A stretch of DNA of 64,000 nucleotides from an uncultured Candidatus Rokubacteria bacterium (GCA_963805625.1 CAWDVE010000019.1:192001-256000), one strand, 5' to 3'. Positions 39,491 to 52,214 are shown, counted from the stretch's first letter. The notes: generated from the letters alone by a model not told the origin. Numbers and translations: made by a program.

Positions 39491-40345
39491 ATGACGATGG
39501 CGACGAGCGTGGGGCTGCTGCATCCGGGTGAGATGGGCTCCGTGGTGGGCGCGTGCCTGCGCGCGGGCGGCATCCGCGTCGTGTGGCCATCGGCGGGCCG
39601 CAGCGAGGTCAGCCGCCAACGCGCTCGGGCCGCGGATCTCGAGGACCTCGGCACGCTGGCGGCGGTCGTCGCGGCCAGCGACGTGATCCTCTCCGTCTGC
39701 CCGCCGGGCTCGGCGGCGGACGTTGCGCGCCTGGTCGCCGCCGAGCGGTTCCGGGGACTCTACGTGGACGCGAATGCCGTCGCTCCGGGCACCGCGCGCC
39801 GCGTGGAGCAGATCGTGGGTGCCGCGGGGGCCGAGCTGGTCGACGGCGGCATCATCGGCCCGCCGCCCCGCGATGCCGGAACGACGCGGCTCTATCTTGC
39901 CGGCTCGCGCGCCGGGGAGATCGCGAGCCTGTTCAAGGGGAGCGCCCTCGAGGCCGTCGTGATGCCGGGCGACGTCGGCACGGCCTCGGCCCTCAAGATG
40001 GCGTACGCCGCGTGGACGAAGGGCTCGAGCTGCCTCCTCATCGCCGTGCGCGCGCTCGCGATCGCTGAGGGCGTGGACGGGGCGCTTCGCGCCGAGTGGG
40101 AGCGCTCCCAGCCCGGCCTTGGCGCCCGCTCGGAGTCCGCCGTCGCGGGCAACGCGAAGAAGGCCTGGCGCTTCGTCGGCGAGATGGAGGAGATCGCCGC
40201 GACGTTCGCGGCCGCCGGGCTACCGGCCGGGTTCCACGAGGCGTGCGCCGCGGTCTATGGCCGCCTCGACCGTTACAAGGACGCGCCGGCGCCGCCGACG
40301 GTCGCCGAGGTGGCCGCGGCGCTCGGCGCCCCGCGAACGGCGTAG
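39491..40345 (+). CDS. NAD(P)-dependent oxidoreductase (6PGD/HIBADH-like with DUF1932-type tail)
   Basis: VGLLHPGEMG, YVDANAVAP, VDGGIIGPPP, ASALKMAYAAWTKG, KAWRFVGEMEEIA. Confidence 0.85.
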   Translation: MTMATSVGLLHPGEMGSVVGACLRAGGIRVVWPSAGRSEVSRQRARAADLEDLGTLAAVVAASDVILSVCPPGSAADVARLVAAERFRGLYVDANAVAPGTARRVEQIVGAAGAELVDGGIIGPPPRDAGTTRLYLAGSRAGEIASLFKGSALEAVVMPGDVGTASALKMAYAAWTKGSSCLLIAVRALAIAEGVDGALRAEWERSQPGLGARSESAVAGNAKKAWRFVGEMEEIAATFAAAGLPAGFHEACAAVYGRLDRYKDAPAPPTVAEVAAALGAPRTA

Positions 40346-40374
40346 GGGCCCCCGGGCTCGGTCACCGCCGGGCG

Positions 40375-40995
40375 CTAGGTGCCGAAGAGCCGGTCGCCGA
40401 AGTCGCCGAGGCCCGGCAGGATGAACTTCCGGGCGTTGAGCTCGCGGTCGACCGCCGCGGTGTAGACGGTGGCGTCCGGGACCGCCGCCTCCAGGTGAGC
40501 CAGGCCCTCCGGGGCGGCGACGATCGACAGGAGCCGGACCCGCCGGGCGCCGAGGTCGGCGAGCCCCTCGATGGCCATCGCGGCCGAGCCACCGGTCGCC
40601 AGCATGGGGTCGAGTAGAAAGACCGACGCGCCGGCCAGGTCCTTCGGCACCTTCTCGTAGTACCGGCGCGCCACCGCGGTCAACTCGTCGCGCTCGAGGC
40701 CGAAGTAGCCCACCTGCGCCTGCGGCACCAGCTCGAGGAGCGCGTCGAGCATGCCGAGGCCGGCCCGCAGCACCGGCACCGCCACCACGCGCGCGGCCAG
40801 CCGTCTCACGGTCGTGGTCTCGAGCGGCGTCTCGACGGTCGCCTCGGCGAGTGGCAGGTCTCGCGTGGCCTCCGCGACCAAGAGCAGGCTCACGCGGTGG
40901 GCGAGCTGGCGGAAGACGTCGCAGGGCGTGCGGCGATCCCGGAGGGCGGCCAGGACGTTCTCCACGAGCGGGTGGTGGACGACGTGCACGTCCAT
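40375..40995 (-). CDS. upp: Uracil phosphoribosyltransferase
   Basis: VPVLRAGLGM, GLERDE, LLDPMLATGGSA, ILPGLGDFGDRLFGT. Confidence 0.95.
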   Translation of the reverse strand: MDVHVVHHPLVENVLAALRDRRTPCDVFRQLAHRVSLLLVAEATRDLPLAEATVETPLETTTVRRLAARVVAVPVLRAGLGMLDALLELVPQAQVGYFGLERDELTAVARRYYEKVPKDLAGASVFLLDPMLATGGSAAMAIEGLADLGARRVRLLSIVAAPEGLAHLEAAVPDATVYTAAVDRELNARKFILPGLGDFGDRLFGT

Positions 40996-41083
40996 GGCTT
41001 GAAGGGGCCCCCGGGCCCGGCCGGATCATACACGAGGTGCGGCTTCGCCGGCTACGAGCGACGTCGACGTGTGGGTCTCCGGG

Positions 41084-43818
41084 TCAGCGGGCCGGGGTTC
41101 CGCGGACGCAGAGCACCGCGAGGCTCGCCGAGCCCGCTCGCGTCACCGCGACCCGCACGTGGCGTGCCCTCGCGGGGCCGAAGACGATCTCCAGCGCGCC
41201 ATCGGAGACGGCAAAGAGGGTGCGGCCGGCCCATCCCCAGTCGTGAACCGCGCGCGGCCCCTCGGCGGGTTGCCAGGTCCGGCCATCGTGGGAGAGAGTC
41301 ACTTCCCGGATCGTGAGCCCCGGCGCTGGCACCGGGTGCCGAAGCTTGAGACCCGAGACCAGCATTTCGGTGCGAAGCTCCGCCTCCAGCACGAGGCGGT
41401 CTCCATCGCCGGGGTCCACGGCGGCCGCGCGACGCTCCGGGCGCTGACAGGACGCGGTCGAGGCGAACGGCCTGAAGATCCGGAACAGCACGTGAGTCCC
41501 GAGGGGCTCCGCGGAGAGCTCGACGCCGGCCGCCGCCAGGCGCTCCCTGAGCTCCGGCGCATCCTCCACCGGCACGAGCAGTCCGTCGTGAGCGCGAAGC
41601 CGGACGGGACGCGCGAGCCACACCGGGGGCGCCGCGCCATGGTTGTCGACGACGCCGTTGGCGATGAGGGTCGTCACCGCGCCCTGCGTGGCGCGGGCGA
41701 CGCGAGCGGACGCGACGGGGTCGGCCAGGAGCCGGCTGACTCCCTGGGCGCGGAGTCGCGCCACGAGGCCGTCTCCCCCGTCCACCCTGGTCGGAGCGGC
41801 CGGCGGCTCGGCGGTCTCCTCGTAGACCCGGAGCTCGGTGAGCCCCCAGGGCGCCTCGCCGACCGGCTCCGCCGGCTCGAGCCTGAGGTAGCGGAGTCGG
41901 CGCGGCGTCACCACCACCTCCAGCCATCCGTTGCGGGGGCGGAACACCGGGCGGCCACTCGCCACGAATGCGGGCTGCCGCGATACCGCGGGGGTCACAC
42001 CGAGCAACTCCCAAGGACCTCCATCCTCCCGGCCCGAGAGCCGGAGCGCGAACACGTAGGTGGTCGGCACCGACGGCCAGAAGACGACCCGCGCCACGTC
42101 GTAGCGGCGGCCGAGGTCCACCACGAGCGCGTCGGCCGATCCACGCGCATGCCCGACCGCGGGCCAGGTCGTGACGAGGTCTCCGTCCGCGACTGCGGCC
42201 GCGGCTGTCGGATCCTCCGGCACCCGCCACCCGTGAGGGGGCACCATCCGGTAGCCGCGCGCCGGGACCCGGACGTCCTCGTAGAGCCGCCAACCCCCGA
42301 TCGACGTTTCCTTCCAGGTCGCGCCCAGGGCGGCGAGGCTGTCAGCCAACCCTCGTCGCCGATCCAGAATGGCGAGCCGCTCGGCGGCGTCGGCCGCCAC
42401 GGCGCTCCGGACGTAGATCTCGCTGTCGACGGCCGACACGGTCGGGTGGTCCAGGAGAAAGGCCCAGACGAGCGCCTGCAGGCTGTCGTCGACGTACAGC
42501 GCGTCGACCGGCTGCGTGCTGAGACGCTGCCGGACGACGTCGAGGTCGGTGCGCTGGCCGGCCTGCTGCGCTCGGAGCCCCGGCAGCAGCGGCCACAGGA
42601 ACCCGCCGTGGGTCCAGAGGCCGAACACGAGAAGGAAGGCGAGCAGGCCGGCGCCGAGTACCCGCGACCGGCCTCCAGCCCGCGCGACAAGAGCGCCGGC
42701 GCACACGAAGAGCGGGATGTACGCCGGCAGGATGTAGCGCGAGGTGTCGCGCTCGAGCATCGTCCCGAGAGGCGAGAAGTACAGGGCGCCGAGCGATGCC
42801 GGGAGGACGAGCAAGACCAGCCAGAGTCCCCAGTCTCGCGCCGTCAGGGCGTCACCGCGCCGGCGCCGCCGGAGCGCCTCGAGGAGCGCGAGCCAGACCG
42901 CGGCGGCGTAGAGCACGACGTTCAGCGTGAGCCCCACCTGGCGCATCGGCGTGGTCGGGTGCCAGTAGTACGTTCCAAACAGCGGGAGGACCGCCTCCCG
43001 CCAGAATTCCGAGAGCCGCTCCCAGGAAAGATGGACGCCGATGCTGAAGAGCGGGATCGCCGAGCCTGGCGTGCCCCGGGCCGAGTCCCCGTGGAGGCCG
43101 TAGAAGAGCCAGGCCGGCAGTCCGCCGAGCAGGAATCCGCCGGCCGCCACCAGCGCCCCCCCGCGGCCGACGGCGCGTCTGGGTCCTCGGAAGACCAGTA
43201 GCAGGAGGGCGGGCACGAGGATCTCGATCACCTTGAAGTTCGACCACCAGGCCAGGCCCGCCAGGAGGCCGAAGGCGGCCAGCGTCCGGGTCCGGGCGGG
43301 CTCCGACGGCGCGGCCAGGGCCGCCAGCGCGAGGAGGAGCAGCCACACTCCGAAGACGTTCGTCTCGAAGTGGGGCTCGGCCACGGTGCTCCAGTACGTG
43401 AGCAGGAATGGCGGCACAGCGGCGAGAGCGAGCGCGGCGCGGCCGGCCATCTCGTCGAAGACCCGCCGACCCAGGAGGTAGACACCGAGCGGAAACAGTA
43501 GAGACCAGGCGATCGCGTTCAAGCGGACCACGAGCACCGACGGCCCGAACAGGAAGAGGGCGGGGACGAGATGGATCCCGTTCAGCGAGCCCATGTAGGT
43601 CTGGCGGTAGAAGAAGACCGGGAAGTTCTCGCCGTGAAGAACGTGCTTCGCCACGAGGGCGACGGTCGCGTCGTCGCCGGAGAGAAAGCCGTAGAACATC
43701 GAGGATACCCGGACGAGAACGGCGACCGCGAGCAGGGCCATGAGGACCCGCCAGCGCGCGCGAGTGCGGAGGCGCGCGGGCGCGTCAGTCGCCGTCGCAC
43801 GATGGAGGATGGAGACCC

Positions 43819-43822
<4 letters not shown>
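41084..43822 (-). CDS. GT-C (PMT/ArnT-like, GT39-type) membrane glycosyltransferase with C-terminal discoidin-like domains
   Basis: SGDDATVAL..HVLHGENFPVFFYRQTYMGSL, many TM segments, RYILP; ADGDLVTTW..VVDLG..LRYLRL (F5/8-type). Confidence 0.75.
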
Positions 43823-45160
<1,338 letters not shown>

Positions 45161-45171
<11 letters not shown>

Positions 45172-45595
45172 TCGAGCCGTCGTCGGGGCGGAGCGGGCCG
45201 AGCGACCCGGGGCCGAAGGCGAGCGGCAGGAGCCCGCCGAGCGTGACCGTGACGCGCACTCCCTCCGGCCCGGCGAGGTGGACGGGCACGTCCGGGCGCG
45301 CGAACTCGGCGAGCTGCTGGCGGCACCGGCCGCAGGGGGCGCAGAGCTCGGGGCCCTCGGTCACGACCACGGCCTCGAGGATCTGCCGGTCGCCCGCAGC
45401 GACCATGGCGCCGATGGCAGTCGCCTCGGCGCACTGGCCGACGGGGGAGGCCGCGTTCTCCACGTTGCAGCCCGCGTGGAGCCGGCCGCTCTCGGCCCGG
45501 AGGCAGGCCCCGACGCGGAAGCGCGAGTACGGCGCGTGGGCATTGGCGAGGGCCTGGCGCGCGAGGTCGAGCATGGCGGGCAGGGCGTCGCTCAT
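45161..45595 (-). CDS. cdd: Cytidine deaminase
   Basis: APYSRFRVGA, GCNVENA, CAE, PCGRCRQ. Confidence 0.95.
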
Positions 45596-45640
45596 GGTTC
45601 GTCAGCGACGAAGCGTAAGTCGCTCCGCCGGCTCATGCGC

Positions 45641-46615
45641 TCAGCGCTCCTTCATGTAGGGGACGCCGATGGCGCGGGGCGCGACCGCGCGCCCGACGAA
45701 GCCGGCGAGGAGACACACCGTCAGGATGTAGGGGATCGCCTGGATGAGCTGGACCGGCACGACGCCGACGACGGGCAGGGGAGTGCCCTGTAGCCGCACC
45801 TGGACCGCGTCGGCGAACGCGAAGAGGAGGCACGCCCCGAGCGTCGGCACCGGGCGCCACTGTCCGAAGATCAGCGCGGCGAGCGCGAGGTAGCCTTTGC
45901 CCGCCGACATGTCGCGGATGAAGCCGGAGTGATGGGCGATCGAGAGATAGGCGCCGGACATGCCGCAGAGCACGCCGCCCGCCGCGAGCGCGGAGTAGCG
46001 GGTGAAGGCGACCGAGATGCCGGCCGTGTCGACGGCGCCCGGACTCTCGCCGACGGCGCGGAGACGCAGGCCGAAGCGCGTCCGGTAGACGAGCCACGCC
46101 ACGACGGGGACGGCCACCGCTGCCACGTACACGAGGACGTTGTGGCCGCTCACGACCTCCTTGTAGATGAGACCGATCACCGGCACGCCCGCCAGGAGGC
46201 CGGCGCCGGGCAGGTCGATGGGCCCGAAGCGCGCTGCGCCCGCGAGGAGCGGGGTCTGGCCGCCCTGCTGGAACCACGCGTAGCCCAGGACCACCGTGAG
46301 CCCCGACACCAGGATGTTGAGCGCCATGCCGGAGACCACCTGGTTGCCGTAGTAGGTGACGGAGGCGAGGCCGTGCACCATGGCCAGCGCGATCGCCGCG
46401 GCGATGCCGGCGCCCAGCCCCAGCCACGCGGAGCCCGTGACCGCCGCCGTCGCGGCGGCGGCGAACGCCGAGGCCAGCATCTTCCCTTCGAGCCCGATGT
46501 CGACCACGCCCGACCGCTCGGCGAAGAGCCCGCCGAGCGCCGCGAGGACGAGCGGCGCCGCTCCCCGCAGGGTCGCGGCGGCGAGGAGCGCCAGGAGGAC
46601 GAGCGCCTCACCCAT
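45641..46615 (-). CDS. Nucleoside ABC transporter permease (NupQ/YufQ-like)
   Basis: ERSGVVDIGLEGKML, GLRLRAVGESP, GKGYLALAALIFG. Confidence 0.9.
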   Translation of the reverse strand: MGEALVLLALLAAATLRGAAPLVLAALGGLFAERSGVVDIGLEGKMLASAFAAAATAAVTGSAWLGLGAGIAAAIALAMVHGLASVTYYGNQVVSGMALNILVSGLTVVLGYAWFQQGGQTPLLAGAARFGPIDLPGAGLLAGVPVIGLIYKEVVSGHNVLVYVAAVAVPVVAWLVYRTRFGLRLRAVGESPGAVDTAGISVAFTRYSALAAGGVLCGMSGAYLSIAHHSGFIRDMSAGKGYLALAALIFGQWRPVPTLGACLLFAFADAVQVRLQGTPLPVVGVVPVQLIQAIPYILTVCLLAGFVGRAVAPRAIGVPYMKER

Positions 46616-47036
46616 CGGTGTGGGCGGGGCGGGCCGCCCCGACCGGCCGGTGCTGCGTGCCGTGGGCGGGGGTGATGAACAGGAGGTCGCTCGGCTGACG
46701 CAGGATGAGCCTGTGCCACACCCCGCTCGGGACGACGCAGGCCTGTCCGCCATGGAGCCCGAAGCTCCGCTCGCCGGCCGGCTCGTCGAGAATGACGTCG
46801 AGCAGGCCGGCGAGGAGGTAGAGGAGCTCGTCGCCGCCCGGGTGCATCTCCCACTCGTCGGCGTGGAAGTCGGCCGGCTCGGCGCCGTGCTTCGCCCCGA
46901 TCACGCGGTCCCGGGCGCCCGTCACGAGCTTCTGGAAGACGTCCGGCGTCCATGCGACGGGGAGTGCGCGGCCGTCCCCGCGGAGGTGCACGATCGTGGC
47001 GAAGGGATCGAAGTCCGGCCGGGAGCGAGGGCTCAC
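46608..47036 (-). CDS. Cupin domain protein
   Basis: WEMHPGGDELLYLLAG...VVPSGVWHR; GTG start overlaps the upstream stop. Confidence 0.85.
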   Translation of the reverse strand: MSPRSRPDFDPFATIVHLRGDGRALPVAWTPDVFQKLVTGARDRVIGAKHGAEPADFHADEWEMHPGGDELLYLLAGLLDVILDEPAGERSFGLHGGQACVVPSGVWHRLILRQPSDLLFITPAHGTQHRPVGAARPAHTDG

Positions 47037-48178
47037 GACTGGCTCTCCGCGCGGGTGGGGCGACGGAACCACGCTTCGATGGGCCCGCGGAGCGCGTACT
47101 CGAGGGCGCCACAGACGAGGATGATCAGACCCTGGATCACCACGACCATGTCGCGCGTGAGCTTGGGCATGTCGAACGACAGCTCCGACCCGCCCTGGTA
47201 GAGGGCGCCGAAGAGGACGGCCGCCAGCACGATCCCCGCCGGGTGGTTGCGCCCCATCAGGGAGACCGCGATGCCGACGTATCCGGCTCCGCCGACGAAG
47301 TTGAGGAGCAGCCGGTGCTGGACGCCCATGACCTCGTTCAGGCTCATCAGTCCCGCCAGGGCGCCGGAGATCGACATGGCGAGGATGATCGTGCGCGCCG
47401 GCGAGATCCCGGCGTAGACCGCGGCCGTCTCGTTGTGACCGAGCGCGCGCAGCTCGTAGCCCCAGCGCGTATGCCAGAGGTAGAACCACACGAGCGCGCC
47501 GGCGGCGAGGGCGAGGACGGCCGAGAGGTTGAGCGGCGAGCGTCCGATCTCCCACCCGAGCCCGCGGAGGACCTCGTGGACCTGGGGCAGCCAGGTGCTC
47601 GGGGCGAACTCCCGCGTCTCCGGCGACTGCTGCCCCGGCTTCATGAGGACGTTCACGAGGAGATGCGTCATCAGGGCCGCGGCGATGAAGTTGAACATGA
47701 TCGTCGTGATGACGACGTGGCTGCCGCGCCGGGCCTGGAGCCAGGCCGGCACGAACGCCCAGGCGGCCCCGAAGGCCGCGGCCATGACGATCGCAGCCGG
47801 GACGACCAGGACCGTCGGCCAGCCGCCGGCGCTGAGGCAGAGCAGCCCCACGCCGAGCCCGGCCACGTACGCCTGGCCCTCGGCGCCGATGTTGAAGAGC
47901 CCGCCGTGGAAGGCGACGGCCACCGCCAGGCCCGTGAAGACGAAGTTGGTCGCGTAGTAGAGCGTGTACCCGACGGACTCGGCGTCCCCGAAGGCGCCGG
48001 CGGCGAGGATTCTGAGCGCCCTGAGGGGATTCTCCCCGACCAGGATCACGACCACGCCGGAGAGCAGGAGCGCCAGGGCGAGGTTCGTGGCGGGCACGAG
48101 CGCCACGCTCACCCAGGCGCGCTCTGCCCAGGCTCGGCCGGATCGGCCGGCGGTGTCGGCGGTGAGCGACTCACTCAT
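47033..48178 (-). CDS. Nucleoside ABC transporter permease (NupP/YufP-like)
   Basis: GLFNIGAEGQ, HVVITTIMFNFIA, GIAVSLMGRNHP. Confidence 0.9.
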   Translation of the reverse strand: MSESLTADTAGRSGRAWAERAWVSVALVPATNLALALLLSGVVVILVGENPLRALRILAAGAFGDAESVGYTLYYATNFVFTGLAVAVAFHGGLFNIGAEGQAYVAGLGVGLLCLSAGGWPTVLVVPAAIVMAAAFGAAWAFVPAWLQARRGSHVVITTIMFNFIAAALMTHLLVNVLMKPGQQSPETREFAPSTWLPQVHEVLRGLGWEIGRSPLNLSAVLALAAGALVWFYLWHTRWGYELRALGHNETAAVYAGISPARTIILAMSISGALAGLMSLNEVMGVQHRLLLNFVGGAGYVGIAVSLMGRNHPAGIVLAAVLFGALYQGGSELSFDMPKLTRDMVVVIQGLIILVCGALEYALRGPIEAWFRRPTRAESQS

Positions 48179-48549
48179 TCGGCTGGTACGAGCTCGCCCT
48201 TCCCGTCGAGGCCATCGTAGTCGATGGTCATCCAACGTCGGCCGTGGCCCTCGTAGAGCGTGAGGGAGCCTCGCCGGCCCGCTGACGACTCCAGACGAAC
48301 GCGGCCGTCGCCGCTCGTCCTAAGCGTGCCCGCGCCGCTCTCCCGGTCGCTGTGCCACCTCATCCGGTTCCCTTGCTCTTCCAGGCTCTGGCGAATGTCG
48401 GTGACTTCCCAGGCGATGGGGCCGGAGTCGCCCTTCGGGATACCGGCCCGCTCGGCGGTGCAGCCCGCGAGCACGAGGTGCATCAAGAGGATGAACGCGG
48501 CGGGAGAAGGTGTCGGCGGGAGGAGCGGGTCGCGCCGTGGTTGTCTCAT
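48175..48549 (-). CDS. Hypothetical lipoprotein-like ORF (possibly a deleted remnant)
   Basis: ATGA overlaps on both sides; LVLAGC lipobox-like motif; SGPIAWEVTDI. Confidence 0.4.
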   Translation of the reverse strand: MRQPRRDPLLPPTPSPAAFILLMHLVLAGCTAERAGIPKGDSGPIAWEVTDIRQSLEEQGNRMRWHSDRESGAGTLRTSGDGRVRLESSAGRRGSLTLYEGHGRRWMTIDYDGLDGKGELVPAE

Positions 48550-50126
48550 CTCGACTCCGGTATTCCGGCCATCATCAGGCCAATCGCGCGCTCGGTGGCG
48601 CTTGCCTGCGGCACTTCCCCGACGATGCGCCCGTCGTGCATGACCAGGATGCGGTCGGCGAGCGCCAGGATCTCGTCCAGCTCGACGGAGACTAGGAGGA
48701 TCGCCTTCCCGGCGTCGCGGAGCGCGACGAGGCGCCGGTGGATGAACTCGATCGCGCCGATGTCCACCCCCCGCGTCGGCTGGCCGACGAGAAGGAGGTC
48801 CGGGTTCCGGTCGAGCTCGCGCGCCAGCACGATCTTCTGCTGGTTGCCTCCCGAGAAGGCCGAGGTGGGGAGGGATCCGTCCGTGGGCCGGATGTCGTAC
48901 TCCGCCGCCTGGCGACGGAAGCTCGCCGCGACGGCGCCTCGGCGGAGCCGGAGCCCACGGTTGTAGGTCGATTCGTCGTGGTAGCCTAGAATGGCGCTGT
49001 CCCGGGCCGAGAAGGGGATGACGAGGCCCATCCGCTGTCGATCCTCGGGCACGTGGGAGAGCCCGAGCCTGCGCATCCCGCGCGGCGAGCGCGTGCGCTC
49101 GTCCGTGATGTCCCGACCCCGCCAGCGGATCCGCCCGGACTTCACGGGGCGGATGCCGGCGAGCGCCTCGAAGAGCTCCGACTGGCCGTTGCCGGCGACA
49201 CCGGCGATCCCGACGATCTCACCGCGCCGCACCGAGAAGCTCACGCCCTTGACGCGCTCCACGCCCAGCGCGTCCTCGACTGTGAGGTCGGCCACCTGGA
49301 GGACCGTCTCGGCGGGTCGGGCGGGCGTCTTGTCGACCTTCAGGCTCACCCGGCGCCCGACCATCAGCTCGGCGAGCTGCTCGGACGTGGTCCCGGCGGT
49401 CGGGAGGGTCGCGACGACCCGCCCCTGACGCATCACGGTCACCACGTCCGTGACTTCGCGGATCTCGCGGAGCTTGTGGGTGATGAGGACGACGGTCTTG
49501 CCCTCGGCCCGGAGCGCGCGAAGGATGCGGAAGAGGTGGTCCGCCTCTTGGGGCGTGAGGACCGCGGTCGGCTCGTCGAGGATCAGGAGGTCCGCGCCCC
49601 GGTAGAGCGCCTTCAGGATCTCGACCCGCTGGCGCTGGCCCACACCGAGGTCGCCGACGCGCGCGTCCAGGTCCACCTCGAGGTGGTACTCTCGGCCGAG
49701 CCGGAGGAGCTCGGCCCGGGCGCGCGCGAGGCCCGCCTTGAGGAGAAAGCCCCCCTCCACGCCGAGCACGACGTTCTCCAGCACCGTGAACGGCTCCACC
49801 AGCATGAAGTGCTGGTGCACCATGCCGATCCCCAGCGCGAGCGCGTCCTGGGGGCTCCGGATGGCCGTCGGCTGGCCGCGGACCAGGATCTCGCCCCGGT
49901 CGGGGAGGTGGTAGCCGTAGAGGATGCCCATCAGGGTGGACTTGCCGGCGCCGTTCTCGCCGACGATGCCGTGGATCGTGCCGGGGCGGATGGCGAGCGA
50001 GACGTCCTGGTTGGCGTGGACCTCGCCGAACCACTTGTCGATGCCGCGGAGCTCGATGACGGGCGGCAGCCCGTCAGTCGATCGGGGTTCCCCGCGCGCC
50101 GTTGCCGACGGGCCCACGTCGCTCAT
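48546..50126 (-). CDS. Nucleoside ABC transporter ATPase (NupO/YufO-like, CUT2)
   Basis: GENGAGKST, MVHQHFML, ILDEPTAVL, SGGNQQK, QPTRGVDIGA. Confidence 0.92.
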   Translation of the reverse strand: MSDVGPSATARGEPRSTDGLPPVIELRGIDKWFGEVHANQDVSLAIRPGTIHGIVGENGAGKSTLMGILYGYHLPDRGEILVRGQPTAIRSPQDALALGIGMVHQHFMLVEPFTVLENVVLGVEGGFLLKAGLARARAELLRLGREYHLEVDLDARVGDLGVGQRQRVEILKALYRGADLLILDEPTAVLTPQEADHLFRILRALRAEGKTVVLITHKLREIREVTDVVTVMRQGRVVATLPTAGTTSEQLAELMVGRRVSLKVDKTPARPAETVLQVADLTVEDALGVERVKGVSFSVRRGEIVGIAGVAGNGQSELFEALAGIRPVKSGRIRWRGRDITDERTRSPRGMRRLGLSHVPEDRQRMGLVIPFSARDSAILGYHDESTYNRGLRLRRGAVAASFRRQAAEYDIRPTDGSLPTSAFSGGNQQKIVLARELDRNPDLLLVGQPTRGVDIGAIEFIHRRLVALRDAGKAILLVSVELDEILALADRILVMHDGRIVGEVPQASATERAIGLMMAGIPESR

Positions 50127-50362
50127 GCGGTCAGTGACGGCGCTGCGAGTGCGTCGCGAGTGGCGCCCAGTCGAGCCCGTCCAAGACGAGATCGGCGGCA
50201 GGCTGGACGCCCTGCCACTCGCGCCGAGGCCGGGGGTGCCTGCGCCGGGCGGGGGTGGCCGCGCGAGCGGCGAACCCGACGACAGGCCCCGCGGCTCGCG
50301 GCGTCGACAGCTCGAGCTGGCCGGGCACCGAGACGACGGGAAGGGGCGTGGCCCCCTCCGGC

Positions 50363-51367
50363 CTACTTCGCCATGTAGTCGGTGACCTTGATCTTGCCGG
50401 CCACGATGTCGGCCCGCGCCTGCTCGAGCCGCTTCTCCATCTCCGGCGTGATGAGCTTGCGGTTGTACTGGTCCAGCGAGTAGCCGACCCCGTTCTCGGC
50501 GACACCGAGGTTGCGCACGCCGGCCTTCCACGTCCCGTCCTTCGCGGTCTTGAAGGCCTCGTAGATGGCGAGGTCGACGCGCTTGATCATCGAGGTCAGG
50601 ATCGTGCCCGGGTGGATGTAATCCTGGTTCGAGTCGACGCCGATCGCGAGCTTCCCCTTGTCCTTCGCCGCCTGGAGCACGCCGAGGCCGGTCGCTCCCG
50701 CCGCGGCGTAGACGACGTCGGCGCCGCGGTCGAACTGGCTCCGGGCGAGCTCACCGCCCCGCGTCGGGTCGTTCCAGGCCGCCGGCGTCGTCCCGGTCAT
50801 GTTCTGGAAGATCTCGATCTTCGGGTTCACGAACTTGGCGCCTTCCTCGTAACCGAGGGCGAAGCGGCGGATCAGAGGGATGTCCATCCCGCCCACGAAG
50901 CCGACCTTGCCGGTCTTCGACGCCATGGCCGCCGCCATCCCCACGAGGAAGGACCCCTCGTGCTCCTTGAACACGATCGACTGGACGTTCGGCAGGTCCA
51001 CGACCGCGTCGATGATCGCGAACTTCAGGTTGGGGAACTCCTTGGCGACCTTTTCCATGCCCGTGGCCTGGGCGAAGCCGATGCCCACGGTGATCTGGGA
51101 GCCGCGCCGGGCCATGTTGCGAAGCGCCTGCTCGCGCTGGGCCTCGCTGGTCACCTCGAACTCGCGATACGCTATCCCCGTCTCCTTCTTGAACTGCTCG
51201 GCGCCGTTGTAGGCGGCCTCGTTGAAGGACTTGTCGAACTTCCCGCCCATGTCGAACACGAGAGCAGGGGCGAACTCCTGGGCGGCTGCGGGGCCGACCA
51301 GGGCGCCGGACAGCGCGATGAGTGCGAGCCCGAGGACGGCCACGATGGATCTCCACGGTTGTGTCAT
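50363..51367 (-). CDS. BMP-family nucleoside ABC substrate-binding protein
   Basis: GGKFDKSFNE, FKEHEGSFLVG, GADVVYAAAG, AIGVDSNQ, TSMIKRVD. Confidence 0.93.
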   Translation of the reverse strand: MTQPWRSIVAVLGLALIALSGALVGPAAAQEFAPALVFDMGGKFDKSFNEAAYNGAEQFKKETGIAYREFEVTSEAQREQALRNMARRGSQITVGIGFAQATGMEKVAKEFPNLKFAIIDAVVDLPNVQSIVFKEHEGSFLVGMAAAMASKTGKVGFVGGMDIPLIRRFALGYEEGAKFVNPKIEIFQNMTGTTPAAWNDPTRGGELARSQFDRGADVVYAAAGATGLGVLQAAKDKGKLAIGVDSNQDYIHPGTILTSMIKRVDLAIYEAFKTAKDGTWKAGVRNLGVAENGVGYSLDQYNRKLITPEMEKRLEQARADIVAGKIKVTDYMAK

Positions 51368-51593
51368 GTCGAACGCCCCCCGTTGTGTCCCCATTGAGTC
51401 GATGACGCCTGGCCACGCGCGATCCGGCGTCGTTTCCCGCGTCCCGATGATACTCATGCGCCCGGGGTTAGCCTAGCCCGTCTCCACAGCGCGCCGCCGG
51501 CCGCTTTCCTGGCCACGCGGGCGGGATTCGGCTATGCTGCAGTACTTCCAGCCGCGGCGAGCCGGTGGATGGCTGCGTTGGCGGAGGCCGATC

Positions 51594-52157
51594 ATGAGTG
51601 CCGAACGCAGGCGTGCGAACGCCCGGATCTACCTGGCGGGGCCTCTCGGATTCTCGGAAGCCGGGCGCCACTTCTACAACGCCGTCCTCATCCCGTACGT
51701 CCAGGGTCTCGGCTACGAGGTGCTCGATCCGTGGACCCTCACCGAAGCCGCCAAGATCCAGGCGGTCCAGTCGATGGTGTACGGGCCCGCGAAGCGCGAG
51801 GCGTGGCGGACGCTCAACCTCGAGATGGGGGCGACGAACCGGTCGGCGATCGACGTCGCGGACGGCGTCGTGGCGGTCCTCGACGGCACCGACGTCGACA
51901 GCGGCACCGCGGCCGAGATCGGCTACGCGTTCGCGCGCGGCAAGCTCCTCGTCGGCTACCGAGGCGACTTCCGCCTGAGCGCCGACAACGAGGGGAGCAT
52001 CGTCAACCTCCAGGTCGAGTACTTCATCCGCGCCAGCGGTGGTACCATCGTCGACCGCTACGAGGATCTCGGGCCGAGCCTCCGTGCCCTCGCGGCTCCG
52101 GGACGGTCCGCCCGGAAGCTCGGCCGCCGGTCCGGCGGCCCGAGGAGAGTAAGATGA
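51594..52157 (+). CDS. Nucleoside 2-deoxyribosyltransferase/nucleotide N-hydrolase family
   Basis: IYLAGPLGFS, VDSGTAAEIGYA, NLQV; divergent from the nucleoside operon. Confidence 0.88.
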   Translation: MSAERRRANARIYLAGPLGFSEAGRHFYNAVLIPYVQGLGYEVLDPWTLTEAAKIQAVQSMVYGPAKREAWRTLNLEMGATNRSAIDVADGVVAVLDGTDVDSGTAAEIGYAFARGKLLVGYRGDFRLSADNEGSIVNLQVEYFIRASGGTIVDRYEDLGPSLRALAAPGRSARKLGRRSGGPRRVR

Positions 52158-52214
52158 TCGGTAATGGCCGGGGCATCTCAGGCCGATGTTGGTGAGCGTC
52201 CCGGGAGGAACCGC

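Noticed and set aside
50131-50340. Possible HAD-hydrolase remnant (ADLVLDGLDW) between bmp and the ATPase
   Set aside because: Too short and degenerate to support without a search.
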